Assembly (NCBI GenBank): GCA_963709405.1
Contig: CAVPXM010000021.1
Span: 64,001-128,000, forward strand
Source of the DNA: an uncultured Nitrososphaerales archaeon
GTDB lineage: Archaea; Thermoproteota; Nitrososphaeria; Nitrososphaerales; Nitrososphaeraceae
Direction of reading: 5' to 3'
DNA length: 64,000 nt
Part shown: positions 20,184 to 31,481 of the stretch, piece after piece
Layout: the number at the start of each line of letters is the position of its first letter
Numbering within the stretch: position 1 is the stretch's first letter
The notes under the pieces: model-generated
The model's database searches: none
Told to the model about the DNA's origin: nothing
Seen by the model: the letters and a program-made list of their open reading frames with translations, nothing else
Made by a program: the position numbers and the translations under genes

Positions 20184-21038
20184 TTGGAAGCAACGCACAA
20201 ACAGTTTATAATCTATATGATTGTCAGACTGTATATGAGATCTGATCATTCTGAGATCAACATCGTTTACTCTTCAAAAACTATTCCAACATTACGTTAC
20301 CCTGTCTTAATATGTGGATTTCCAGGAAGCGGCTATGTTGGCAAATTAGCAGTAGATCATCTGATACATGAACTCAATGCGACTCACTTGGCAGATATTT
20401 ACTCTACTTCATTTCCTGCTCAACTATTAATAAGAGCTGACGGTACTGCAGATCTTTTAAAAAATTATATATTCTATTCAAACGTACCAACTTCTTACGG
20501 TACTGGCCTACTTTTGCTAAGTGGTGACTCCCAGCCATCCAATCCTAATTCGGAATATTTTCTTGCCGAGGAAATATTAGATATTGCATCAAGATTTAGT
20601 ACAGGCCAAGTATTGACCTTGGCGGCATATATTACTGGAACATTTGTAACTGATCCGCGCATATTTGGCACGGCGGGCGATCTAGATACTATAAAAACCT
20701 TCAACGAGCTAAATGTTCATACGATGGAAGGTGGGAGCATTACTGGTATGAATGGGATTGTTGTTGGTATTGCTAAGCGTCGAGGAATGAAAGGAACATG
20801 CTTACTTGGCGAAACATCTGGATATGTAATAGATGCAAAGGCATCAAAGGCTATTCTGGAGACCGTGGTAAGAATCTTAAATCTAAAGATAGATATGACC
20901 AATATCGAGAGAAGAGCAAAAGACACCGAAATGTTAATCAAGACGATAGAGCAACAGATGACAGGCACTTTAAAGCAACAAGAAGAACAACAATCAATTA
21001 TTCCGAATAGACCTTCTGATATGGGATATATTAGTTAG
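20184..21038 (+). CDS. PAC2 family proteasome assembly chaperone
   Basis: GFPGSGYVGKLA, GDSQP, ITGMNG and CLLGETSGYVID motifs. Confidence 0.9.
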   Translation: MEATHKQFIIYMIVRLYMRSDHSEINIVYSSKTIPTLRYPVLICGFPGSGYVGKLAVDHLIHELNATHLADIYSTSFPAQLLIRADGTADLLKNYIFYSNVPTSYGTGLLLLSGDSQPSNPNSEYFLAEEILDIASRFSTGQVLTLAAYITGTFVTDPRIFGTAGDLDTIKTFNELNVHTMEGGSITGMNGIVVGIAKRRGMKGTCLLGETSGYVIDAKASKAILETVVRILNLKIDMTNIERRAKDTEMLIKTIEQQMTGTLKQQEEQQSIIPNRPSDMGYIS

Positions 21039-21158
21039 AAAGATGTGGCACAAACTGGCATCTGTCTAGAAATATATGGGATTCATATTGAACATGTCAG
21101 ATGGAAATAAAGCGGGACGCTTATTATCCATGCAATCTACGTAATAAATATAGGTAAT

Positions 21159-21446
21159 CTATAGTCTCTTTAGCTTTCCGTATCTTCCTATATTAAGACT
21201 ATTCTCTCCACGAAATGACTGAGTATATCCATTCTCGATAGCAACGTTATCCCCGTCTTTTACCAAATTGATTTGATCGTCCCAGAGAGACAGTTTTATG
21301 CTTCCGGTCTCATCAGAGATCATGGCGTCTGCAACTTGCGCAGTGCCCCCAGTTCTCAAATTCACCGTCCTTGGCTCAGTTATGCTATCTATTCTTCCTT
21401 CTACATTGACTCCTCGCATTCCAGGTTTCAACTCAGTGATCTTCAT
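21159..21446 (-). CDS. ssb: single OB-fold ssDNA-binding protein
   Basis: MKITELKPG..ISDETGSIKLSLWD..IENGY..LNIGRYG; start placed at ATG 21446. Confidence 0.88.
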   Translation of the reverse strand: MKITELKPGMRGVNVEGRIDSITEPRTVNLRTGGTAQVADAMISDETGSIKLSLWDDQINLVKDGDNVAIENGYTQSFRGENSLNIGRYGKLKRL

Positions 21447-21633
21447 TACTTGTTTCACATCGTTACATAGCAATAATAAAGGTTCTGTATAGTAAGGCAT
21501 CGTGTGCCAGATCATATGGATGTAATGAACTCCAGAACTGAATTCGTCTCGCACTTAGCCGCATCCACTATTCTAAAGTAAATGAAAACACATAGTAACC
21601 AAGAAATAAGTAAACCTATTGGGATCATTGCGT

Positions 21634-21767
21634 GGAGGGGTAGCGAAGCCAGGTCAAACGCGCAGGACTCAAGATCAAGATAAGTAACCTAAGATTCGTG
21701 CCTATGTAAATCAAGATGAGTGATCCCGTCCTTCAGGGGTTCGTGGGTTCGAATCCCACCCCCTCCA
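21634..21767 (+). tRNA. tRNA-Leu(CAA) with a 49-nt intron at 37/38 (21674-21722)
   Basis: Acceptor GGAGGGG/CCCCTCC-A, T arm GTGGG-TTCGAAT-CCCAC, long variable arm, BHB central helix CTCA/TGAG. Confidence 0.92.
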
Positions 21768-22233
21768 TGACAATAAAGATGTGTTTGGGTTGTTTTGTAT
21801 CTTCTAATTCTGAAAACAAATTTGGCTTGTGTTTCAAGCTAGCTTTTTGACTCGATGTTTCCTAATGCTATATTTTGTACGAGATAAGAAAATTATCTTC
21901 GAAAAGAGCTTCTGTTGCACTATTCATGTTATGTCGATCCTGAGCAAATCGCACTAACAATAATGTGCGTTCCCTTTGAATCACGATTGACGATAACAAT
22001 AGATTCTTGTATTTTCATACAGTAATACTGATGGATCTTCTTGATTATTCATCTCAACTTAGTTGGTGGGTCCAATATATTTGATTTGAGTTTAAAGATG
22101 ATTATCTTTAGCTAATCAGCTGATAATTCTAACTGCCTGACAGCATTTAACCGTAAGAACTATGTGGTTGTTGTAAAATTACAATATAATTTTATGAATA
22201 TACAGATTCGGTCAATAATGTTTCTGCCAATTA

Positions 22234-23709
22234 CTATTTATTGATTACATAAAAGTCGTATATTGGAGCAGACTCATTGTTGGTAGATCTCTTCCTAAAA
22301 CTGTATTCAATAATGGCAAAAAATGCTGGAAACGTTTCGATCAATCCAAGAATAGGACAGAGTACGAGAGTTTGAATATGCATAAGAAATTTTTTACTCA
22401 ACTTTACTTTGGAATATCGTAAGTTTAGGAATAATCCTAACTGGTATGAAAATAGCCACACAAGCGAAGAAATGAAAATCAAAGATGCCGTCGCTACTTC
22501 ATAAGATGATCCTCCAGACCAAAGATGGAGTATCGATTCACTGTAAAGTACGTCAACAGTTTTGTTAAAAGTACTACTCATCATATCGATGCTTGCTGAC
22601 CCCGCAATTCCGTTCGCCGCTAATAATGTTAGGATGAATGGTATGTGCATCAAAAGAGAAAGGGCAATCGAGGTTATACCAGCTGCAAAGCCTAAAAAGT
22701 ATGTTGTTAACTTGTAGATAACTTTCAACTTATGGATAGAGGTAAACTTGTCAATATTCTGCAGGCTCCCTACAACCCATCTTCTCCTTTGCATAAAATG
22801 ATCTTTAATGTTCAATGGGGGCTGTTCCAACAAAATTCCGCCATGCCATCCTAATGAATTAGCACCATATTTCTGATAAATTTCATAACCAAACAATTGG
22901 TCCTCTGCAAGCGTGGGTCCAAAATCCCAACCTATTGAATCTTCGACATCAGATCTAACCAATAGATTACTGCCATGCATATGCAACGGAGGCGTTTTAA
23001 TGATGGCACTATTTGTCATTTGAGATACGCAATCGTAGCATGAGAAAGGCCTGACAGATTCTGCGAGGGCAGTCAGAAAATTAGCGGATTCAAATTTTAA
23101 TGGGTAAAAGATAGGACCTTCCGCAGCCACCCCGTTACCTTCTCTGATGAATTTTAAAAGCGATAGGATAGTCTGAGGTGTAACAAAGCTTTCGTCATCT
23201 AAGTGAAAAATCCAATAGCTTTTGTTATTTTGGAGACATCGACGACGATGAACCACCCCGTATTGTAGAGCTCTACCTTTCTTTATAGCTGAAGTCTTGA
23301 AAGATTTATCGACGACTACAACTTCGCACTTTGAATCTCTCAAATTCTGGATATCCCTGGCATCTTCTGTTACAACAGATATGAGATATTTTCGATAACG
23401 TAGTTGATCACTTGAATCCATTATCGAACGTATTCCACGGAGTACTACAGGAGTATCCGTAGCTGATCTAGTAGTAATTTGAAAAATAATTGTGGGATCG
23501 TTATAAATCCTTATAGGATTTTTAAGTACAAAGACCTTATTATTTAATATACATCTAGTGATTGCAATAAAAGCAATAGGAATATTCAAGAGCCAGATAA
23601 TAGTCAAAATGTTCATTATCAAGCTTTGTACCATTATAGGATTGTAAGTGTGACCCAATATGAGTACATTCTTTCTAGAATACAATTTAAAGAACAAGTG
23701 CCCCTTCAA
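22234..23709 (-). CDS. membrane GT2 glycosyltransferase (egghead-like)
   Basis: KGRALQY, HLDDES, TLAED and QRRRW motifs plus C-terminal TM helices. Confidence 0.85.
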   Translation of the reverse strand: MKGHLFFKLYSRKNVLILGHTYNPIMVQSLIMNILTIIWLLNIPIAFIAITRCILNNKVFVLKNPIRIYNDPTIIFQITTRSATDTPVVLRGIRSIMDSSDQLRYRKYLISVVTEDARDIQNLRDSKCEVVVVDKSFKTSAIKKGRALQYGVVHRRRCLQNNKSYWIFHLDDESFVTPQTILSLLKFIREGNGVAAEGPIFYPLKFESANFLTALAESVRPFSCYDCVSQMTNSAIIKTPPLHMHGSNLLVRSDVEDSIGWDFGPTLAEDQLFGYEIYQKYGANSLGWHGGILLEQPPLNIKDHFMQRRRWVVGSLQNIDKFTSIHKLKVIYKLTTYFLGFAAGITSIALSLLMHIPFILTLLAANGIAGSASIDMMSSTFNKTVDVLYSESILHLWSGGSSYEVATASLIFISSLVWLFSYQLGLFLNLRYSKVKLSKKFLMHIQTLVLCPILGLIETFPAFFAIIEYSFRKRSTNNESAPIYDFYVINK

Positions 23710-23858
23710 GAAATGGATTAGAATATCTAACTCTGTACGTCAGTACATTGGAATATTCAATTTAACAACTACAAATACTAAGGAATTCTTATTTCTAGAA
23801 AAACTAGGGATAAAAATGCATTTAGCTTGTTCTTTCGATGGAGCCTGTTGAACATTAG

Positions 23859-24785
23859 ATGCCTTCCGAGAGCAAGTTAAACGATTTTAATGATGCTGCC
23901 TATTGTGATCAATGCAAAAGCTATACCGTTATTTTTGATATGATTTCCAGTGAATATGTATGCAGTTCATGCGGTTGCGTTGCGAATGATAAGTTCTTTA
24001 ATAATGAAAGTGGTGCAGCATTTACTGCCCAATCGGGTTACAGTGATAGGTCTAGGACAGGAATGCCAGAATCCTTAGCAATTCATCATAAAGGCTTGTC
24101 TACGTTGATAGGGCTTGGAGATACCGATGCTAGGGGAAAGGCATTGGAACCAGCACAAAAATTGAAAATGCAGAGACTACGGACCTGGAATAATAGATCG
24201 CAGTTAAATGACTCCATTTCACGCAATTTAGAGAAGGCTTTGAAATTTCTCAATAACTTCGGAGACAAGCTTTACCTGAGTCAGGCAGTGATGGAAAGTG
24301 CGGCTTACATATACAGAAAGGCGGCTGTTAAAAAATTAGCAAAGGGTAGATCCACTCTTGGCCTTGTTGGAGCTGCCCTTTACGCAGCATGTAGGGAGAC
24401 CGAGACTCCAAAAACTATCTCTGACGTAGCCGCGGTTTGTAACCTGTCTAGCAAGGACGTTATGTCACATTATAAGCTGATTCTAAAGGAACTTTCTTTA
24501 CAAATGCCAGTCCTGCACGGTCCTGACTATGTGACTCTCATCTCAAATAGATTGAATTTAAGTGAAAGAACCAAGCGCGAAGCCTTAAAGGTATATTCGG
24601 AGGTGCAGCTCAACCGAATATCTATCGGGAAAAATCCAAGGGCCTTGGCAGGTGCAGTAATTTATCTTGCTTCACAGAATTGTAATGAATTTCTTAGGCA
24701 AGTGGAAATTTGTCAAGTGGCTGATATTTCTACTGTGTCGCTAAGAAAACGATGTAAGGAGATAAAGGCAACTCTTTCCATCTGA
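23859..24785 (+). CDS. tfb: transcription initiation factor IIB paralog
   Basis: Zn ribbon CxxC..CSSCG, B-reader (RTG.P), two cyclin repeats (KGRS; GKNP). Confidence 0.93.
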   Translation: MPSESKLNDFNDAAYCDQCKSYTVIFDMISSEYVCSSCGCVANDKFFNNESGAAFTAQSGYSDRSRTGMPESLAIHHKGLSTLIGLGDTDARGKALEPAQKLKMQRLRTWNNRSQLNDSISRNLEKALKFLNNFGDKLYLSQAVMESAAYIYRKAAVKKLAKGRSTLGLVGAALYAACRETETPKTISDVAAVCNLSSKDVMSHYKLILKELSLQMPVLHGPDYVTLISNRLNLSERTKREALKVYSEVQLNRISIGKNPRALAGAVIYLASQNCNEFLRQVEICQVADISTVSLRKRCKEIKATLSI

Positions 24786-25099
24786 AATTAAGATTAGATA
24801 AAACTGCGGTTATTTGGTCGACAAAATTTACAATATATGCGATTCGTGCATCATCCTGAGCTGGAATCTTAATGAGAACCTCGAAAAACCTTGAGTAAAA
24901 GGTTGCTGATATTGAACAATCAGCTGGAATGTAACAAGGGCTTAATTGCGCTCCAAATCGAATTGTAAGATCGGATCGAGTCTTCTGGGATTCGACGGAA
25001 TTAAACATGATGCTCTAATAGCCTGAGGTGTGGCTGACTCGTCTGACCAAAAATGTTAATCTGAAAGGAATGTATATGTGCGTAGAACGAGACATGATT

Positions 25100-26047
25100 T
25101 TAGAGTATCGTTACGCTTTCTGATAAATCGAAGCCGTTTCTGATTGAGCGCAATTGATCACCAGATATTGAAATATAGCCTATGCCAAACTTGGGATAAG
25201 CTTCATTGCAGGAAAATAGGGTCAACACCCTCCCGTTATGATCAAGTTTGAACCCGTAGCATGGTTCGTGACCTCTAACAATAACCTTAGTATTTGAAAT
25301 ACTCAACCATTTTTTAGAAATATTTAAACCGAAGTGTCTACCTAAACCCCTTCTGGAATTCTCCCAGTCCTTTCCATCCGGGATGAGTTTCCTAGGATCG
25401 TTCCATAATATTTCTTCCACTATTCCGCCATATGCTTCAGAAATCCGTTCATGACCTAGTATCTTTCTAAAATTCCTTGTCATGATATTAAGCTCTGTCG
25501 GGACACCGCCATGAACGACAAATAATTTTCTGTCAATAATAGTAATCAGATAAAGTAATTGAAAAAATTTAATAATTTTGTTTTGGTATATTTCATTCCC
25601 TATTCTTTTGCCAAAACGTTCCGTCATTTTTCTGGGGAGGTCGTGTGATGAGAATGGGAACTCAACAGGTGCTTCATGATTTCCACGCATTAATATGATC
25701 GAATTCGGATGTCTTCTCTTCAGAGAACAAATTGTGTACAACACTTCGATAGATCCAGACCCTCTATCAACATAATCGCCCAAAAATACAATCTTATTAT
25801 TAGGGTTGAGAATATACTCCTCGATTCTAATCTTTTTGAAGATATTATTTAACGCACACGAATCACCATGTATATCCCCAATTACAACAAGATTTTCTGG
25901 AATTTCGAGCTCGAGGAGTTTATTAGAAATCTTTCCTCCAGTTATTAGCCCTGTATTTTGTTCTTTTTGTAAAGCGTTAATAGCAGCGTCTAAAGTGGTC
26001 GCATATTCACTAGCTGAAATGCGTGACGCCTCTAGATAATCCATCAA
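25100..26047 (-). CDS. PPP-family Ser/Thr protein phosphatase
   Basis: GDIHG, GDYVDRG, RGNHE, HGG, ILWNDP and RGHE motifs. Confidence 0.92.
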   Translation of the reverse strand: MMDYLEASRISASEYATTLDAAINALQKEQNTGLITGGKISNKLLELEIPENLVVIGDIHGDSCALNNIFKKIRIEEYILNPNNKIVFLGDYVDRGSGSIEVLYTICSLKRRHPNSIILMRGNHEAPVEFPFSSHDLPRKMTERFGKRIGNEIYQNKIIKFFQLLYLITIIDRKLFVVHGGVPTELNIMTRNFRKILGHERISEAYGGIVEEILWNDPRKLIPDGKDWENSRRGLGRHFGLNISKKWLSISNTKVIVRGHEPCYGFKLDHNGRVLTLFSCNEAYPKFGIGYISISGDQLRSIRNGFDLSESVTIL

Positions 26048-26264
26048 ATAGATATCGGGTTGCTACAATGAGTTAAATGTGTTCTGGGAATTGTAACTGT
26101 AAAAATCTAGCTATTGATACGTAAAGTCGTTGTTTCGAGGATTAGAAAGTCCTTTAGTTGATTTTTCCTCCTTTTACTTGCGATCCGTCTCATATTCATC
26201 GAAAACTATCGGGGAGAAGAGGTAGGCATTGATCGCTAAAATCGTCCTAACAATTCTCATATAT

Positions 26265-27029
26265 TCAGATATACGAGGTTATAAATAGAGCCATGGTAGA
26301 AGCCATAGTACAAGCCCAAACAACCTTATTCCAGTCAAAAATCTTTTGTCCATCAAGGACTCCAAATGGTAACAAATTAAACATCGCAATCCATGCATTA
26401 AACGACGCTCCCACATACATATACGGGTTGTAGGGGAGCAGATAGGATGACATTAGAAATGCAAAGCCCATCACCAAATTCGTCATAGGACCAATTAATG
26501 CAACCCTTCCAAACCGGCTCTTGTCTGATAAACCAACCATAACTGCCCCAGGCGCAATGAATTTAAATGGCATAATCGGCAGCGCCGATATAGCAGTAAT
26601 TATCAATCCATATAATTGTGCACGAAATTCTGCCCAGCTACCGTAATACTGGGCCAAAAACTTGTGGGCTAGTTCGTGTACAAGAAATGCACTAATAAAG
26701 ATGGCGAGAAACTGCCAGGAAATATATCTGTAGTGATTAAAGGATAAACCAACCGCCATAACTAGGACTGTGGCTATAGATAGATGTAACAGTTCGGTTT
26801 TGGAAGTCTTTATCTTTACCGCTCTAGTTAGCGATCTTCCAAATGATGAATTTGTGGAACGTCCAACGTAATCGTCCTGCATCATGATTTTTCTCTTTTC
26901 GATATATTTACTAATGAATGGACATGAGTGGTTTACTGGAATCCTATGTAAATTACAGAACCATTCGCCACAATAATTACACTTAAAAGGAATACTTTCT
27001 TCGTACCCACATGTAGAACAATTCTTCAA
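26265..27029 (-). CDS. AN1 zinc finger fused to site-2 protease (M50)
   Basis: C..C..PFKCNYCGEWFC..H..H.C, then HELAH and NLLPFGVLDG. Confidence 0.88.
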   Translation of the reverse strand: MKNCSTCGYEESIPFKCNYCGEWFCNLHRIPVNHSCPFISKYIEKRKIMMQDDYVGRSTNSSFGRSLTRAVKIKTSKTELLHLSIATVLVMAVGLSFNHYRYISWQFLAIFISAFLVHELAHKFLAQYYGSWAEFRAQLYGLIITAISALPIMPFKFIAPGAVMVGLSDKSRFGRVALIGPMTNLVMGFAFLMSSYLLPYNPYMYVGASFNAWIAMFNLLPFGVLDGQKIFDWNKVVWACTMASTMALFITSYI

Positions 27030-27526
27030 AGTGATTGCTTGTCATATATATTCTGCTATAAGGTAATATCAACCTTCTATCTTCGATAAGCAAATGTGTA
27101 GGGACGCTGAGGCTATATGAAGGACTATCTGCTTCATCCGAGTCTTCATAGTTAAGTTCCTTTGTGATAATTTGCACAACGGCAAGCATTTAACCTTGCT
27201 TGAAATCTAGTAACAAAAACAGTTGAATCGTAGCGCAGCGTAAGATCGTAATATCATTTGTCATCTTTCATCTAGTCATCTTTATTCCTGCATCTCTGAC
27301 AAGGTCTAAATTTCTGATCATATGTTAAACTAGTGATATGTCTGTTCGACTTCATCACGTTGAAATACGTTCAAAGTTTCATCATTCTCGACCTGGCAAA
27401 ATGGCTCTCTGAGTATTCGTTGCCAGTTTATGCATTCGTAGCAACAATCTCTTATCTTCCGTTCTAATCTCTTCATCACAATTGCCGATGTAGCTATTGA
27501 TTGATTATAATTAAATTTTAGCGGAC

Positions 27527-28518
27527 TTAACCTATCCGAAAACTAGTTGAGTTTTATTGAGTTATAAGCAAACTGCATTTAATCAATATAGCTAAACTGT
27601 ACTGCACTTTCTTCTGAGTTGTATTGATATCAGATGATGTTACTGGAGTTGATTCATGGTACTGCATACCTGATATTGTATGAGACAGATCCATTGCATT
27701 GCGCTGCTACCGTCACCATCATCAATACATTGGAATAGAAAAAAGACTGGTCGTCCAAGAATGGATGACAGGACGGCCATGAGTGCTATTTTCTACATCT
27801 TAAGAACTGGATGTCAATGGAAGGCTCTACCAAGAAGTCTCGGTGCTTCAAGTACAGTACATGATAGATAGATTCCAACAGTGGAGGGAAGAAGGTGTAT
27901 TCAAACGCATCTGGATCGATGGATTGTCAGTATATGATTAAAATAATAGAATAGATTGGAAATGGCAGGCTATGGATGGTGGTGTTATTACAAAAGTACC
28001 TCTTGGGGGGAAAAAGTACAGGACCAAATCCCTCACACACACAGACAGAAGTAAATCAGGTACAAAGTGCAGTATATTGGTGGTAGATGGTAAAGGGGTT
28101 CCTATTGGTGTATACGTAGATGGTGCTAACAGACAGACATGATATGAAAACGAGCAAAGCAACACTTCAGAGTATAGTAGTAATCTATAGACCTGAACCA
28201 ACAATCAGATCAAAGCAGCACATGTACCTTGACAAGGGTTATGACTTTCCTGAAGTATACGAAATGCTAGAAGAAGAGTATGTATGGTTATACAATTCAC
28301 ATCCGATTAAGAGGAGAAGAAAGTAGCAACATAAAAAGAGAAAAATTACCTAAATATAGAGCTAGACGATGGGTCGTTGAAAGGACTCATTCTTGGATGA
28401 ACCGGTTTAGACGTTTGTTAATTAGATGGGAGAAATAGGTAGAGAACCATATTGCGATATTACATTTTGCTTGTGCTTGGATCACTTACAGAAGAGCAGG
28501 AACTCTCGGATAGGTTCT
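27527..28518 (+). mobile_element. decayed IS5-family element with transposase pseudogene
   Basis: Fragments GRPRMDDR..LRTGCQWKALP, DKGYD and RWVVER with stops and frameshifts; ends AACCTATCCGA / TCGGATAGGTTCT followed by TA. Confidence 0.88.
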
Positions 28519-28677
28519 TAGTCAAATTACAACGGTTCACCCTCGATATCTAACATTACTTCTTTCATGATGTTTCAATCCAGTATTAGTCAAATTATAA
28601 CATTTTCTCGCATTACTTGTTTTGTTCTCATTAGTTATGTTTCAATCCTTTCAAACCTATATTAGTCAAATTACAAC
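28519..28677 (-). CRISPR. orphan degenerate CRISPR mini-array (3 repeats, 2 spacers)
   Basis: 30-nt repeat GTTTCAATCCAGTATTAGTCAAATTATAAC at 28572-28601, which ends ATTGAAAC on the minus strand. Truncated copy at 28519-28533; copy with a 9-nt internal duplication at 28639-28677. Spacers of 38 and 37 nt. Confidence 0.75.
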
Positions 28678-29203
28678 AATGCGAGTATGTGACTGCGAGT
28701 ATAATGGAAAGATCGTAATGATAATGGGCAAAAATGCTAGTCCTACGATTTCGAAGCTTATAACAAGAACGGACTATATAGAGATAAGGAACATAATTGG
28801 ACTTAAGCGACTCTATAATGATCTTAGTGATTGAAGCCCTTAATTTTATATACAGTACCTAAATCCTAGTGACAATACGGAGTTTTGAGTGAGGAATGTA
28901 ACTATGACGGATCTTGTAATATCATTTTCATTTCTCAAATGATGATCTGAGTTTAGAAATATGGTGGTTTGTCATTAAGATCTACAATTCATGATGACCA
29001 TTTCAGTTATCCAATCTAATCTGACAATCATATTTTAATTATAATTGACCTTGGTAACACATATGAAAATCGATGTGTAATCAGCAGCTGAGGTTGAAAT
29101 TTCTATAACTGTGAATATATCCATATTATATGATAATTTATTAATTTAGTAATTAAATTAAATTGTTGATAGCAATGAATTCATATATCTAACCGTCGGA
29201 GAA

Positions 29204-30355
29204 TTACCCTATAAAGTAAAAGCCCACGGCTATTATTACGAAGACAGATGTGAGCATCACACCCTCGAACCAGTTACTCTTTCCATCATGGGCAATCCAA
29301 TTTAGTATTATTACAGCTAAAAATAATGCAATCAATTCAAATGTTGTAAATACAAGTGTAAAGGGTTGATGGATTATAATTCCTATTATTACTAGTGTTG
29401 GAGCAACGAATAAAGCAACTTGGGTTCCAGATCCAGATGCAATCCCTATCGATAAATCAAGCTTATTCCTTATTGCAAGGATTACTGCACTACTATGTTC
29501 TGCCGCATTTCCTATTATACCAACAATAATTGCTCCGACAAATAATTCTCCAAATCCAAATTCCTTAGCAGCAACCGACACTGTTCCAACGAGGATCTCG
29601 CTCGTTATTACAACCCCTATGATGCTTAACGAAAGCACTGTAAAGCATCTTTTTTTGCTCCAGATCAACAATGGTTCGCCATTATTCACAACTCCCTTAA
29701 AGTCTCCTTTCTGAACTTCTGCCTCGATTATTTCACTTCCTTCAGTAAACAAATGCTTATGAGTCACAAAGGTAAAGATGATACCACCAACATAGACTGC
29801 CAGCAAAATAAACGCTACTAACTCGCTCAACAATTGTATTTTATTTCCATTCAAGTCGGTTTGAGCACTGGTACTCAGTGTAGTCGCAGCTAATATCGTC
29901 GGGATGGTCAGTCCTATTATTGCTAGGAATAACATCGATGTTTGCATGCCTGTATTTTCCTTGTTGAATAGTTGTTCTTTGTTTCTAAAACCTCCTGCAA
30001 TAAGACTCAAGCCAAGGATCAAGAGGATATTTCCTAAAATAGACCCAGTGATAGATGCTTTGACTAATGTAAAGAGGCCCGCGTTCATTGCTGAAGTTGC
30101 TATTATTAGTTCTGGCGCATTGCCAAATGTTACGTTAAGCAATGAGCCCGCAGTGGCACCGTAATGCGAACCCAGGTGTTCAGTAGAATCGCCTATCAGC
30201 TTCGCTAATGGAATCAAGCCAATACAGGCGAATATAAATGTCAAATAATGATCAGAATGAATCAGATCGGAAATAGTAGCTACGGGTACGAATAAAAGAA
30301 GAAAAATATAAACCACAAGGGATCTTGTCATCTTCAAATGTCCTGTCAAGACCAA
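29204..30355 (-). CDS. cax: Ca2+/H+ antiporter (CAX)
   Basis: TFGNAPE, GSILGN.LL and GNAAEH motifs. Confidence 0.93.
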   Translation of the reverse strand: MVLTGHLKMTRSLVVYIFLLLFVPVATISDLIHSDHYLTFIFACIGLIPLAKLIGDSTEHLGSHYGATAGSLLNVTFGNAPELIIATSAMNAGLFTLVKASITGSILGNILLILGLSLIAGGFRNKEQLFNKENTGMQTSMLFLAIIGLTIPTILAATTLSTSAQTDLNGNKIQLLSELVAFILLAVYVGGIIFTFVTHKHLFTEGSEIIEAEVQKGDFKGVVNNGEPLLIWSKKRCFTVLSLSIIGVVITSEILVGTVSVAAKEFGFGELFVGAIIVGIIGNAAEHSSAVILAIRNKLDLSIGIASGSGTQVALFVAPTLVIIGIIIHQPFTLVFTTFELIALFLAVIILNWIAHDGKSNWFEGVMLTSVFVIIAVGFYFIG

Positions 30356-30657
30356 AGTTTCTACACCGTTATGAATTGAATTGTCCTCTAGTATAATTGT
30401 AATTTGGAACTATACAAGACGAGCTTAGGAACAACTATGATTCATGCTCATATTCCTGTACATCATCCCAACCACAATCTGGTAACATTTATTCCTACTT
30501 GACAAAATCTGCTAACATGGATTAACAATTGAGGGCTTAATTAAAGCCAAGATTATAATAGTGAAGTACATTTATCTAAGATTAGAAGAATATTCATTGT
30601 GTCATAATATCACTGCCCGATTGTTAACAATTGAATTAGTCTTACTCGATAGCACGA

Positions 30658-30837
30658 CTACGAAGTTCGAATTAATCCCCTTAGCTTTTCCTTAAATTCT
30701 GGCGTAATGTCTTCCGTTTTCATCCCGTGTTCATCCATAGCATGTTGCCCACCCTTTCTGAAAATCTCTTCTTCGGTTTCACCCTCTACTACATGGTCAC
30801 AATCAAATCCCGCCTCACGGCATGATAATGTTTTCAT
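30658..30837 (-). CDS. DUF1059-like small metal-binding protein (missed by ORF track)
   Basis: Manual translation MKTLSCREAGFDCDHVVEGETEEEIFRKGGQHAMDEHGMKTEDITPEFKEKLRGLIRTS*; C..C..H..H pattern. Confidence 0.85.
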   Translation of the reverse strand: MKTLSCREAGFDCDHVVEGETEEEIFRKGGQHAMDEHGMKTEDITPEFKEKLRGLIRTS

Positions 30838-31481
30838 TCACTTTTGGACCACTGCTTACCTTATAATTATGTTACTTGTAATTAACATGATGTTGGCAGA
30901 TTAATAAAATCGAGTTAGTAAGAAACAAAGATAGGTTAGTTAGGCCCATAATGTTAGAAGACACTATGGCGGTCCATGTTTTCCACACACAGTTGTCGAT
31001 ATTAAGACTAGGGAAAAAGATTAAGACAGGATTAGCCATAAATTGGCCGTAAATATAATATGATCGGTACAAGGATTTTTCCAAACTGAGTGTATACCAG
31101 TTAACATAAGTAATCTAACACATTCCAGGTCAGATAACTACGCATATTCAGATTGCCGTTACCGTACTTATGTTAATTGGTATAGTTTGACGACGTAAGG
31201 TACGAAAGGAGTCTACATGTTAAGGGGGAAACACTATCTTTTGAGAAGGACCAAACAATAAATTAGCAGTACGAGGCAGTAGTAATCGGGCACATGAGAT
31301 GAATCGACCAATTTGTTTGATTAGACCAGAATATGATCTTGAGTAATTAAAAAGATAGAATAGCTCAAGTTTACTACCGTCTAGTAATGAAAATATCTGC
31401 TCACATTACCCTATTTTACTTAGAATGATTTTGAAAAAAGTCTACTTGCAACTGTTAAATGACCTAGTTTCAAAATTGTAT

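Noticed and set aside
27900-28100. Programmed frameshift in IS5 (GGGGGGAAAAA)
   Set aside because: A known feature of two-ORF IS5 elements, and these copies are otherwise decayed.
28622-28834. 70-aa ORF after the IS5
   Set aside because: Overlaps the CRISPR spacer, repeat and putative leader; no protein features.
30387-30410. TTGTAATTTG resembling the CRISPR repeat end
   Set aside because: Only a 10-nt AT-rich match with no second copy at spacer distance.
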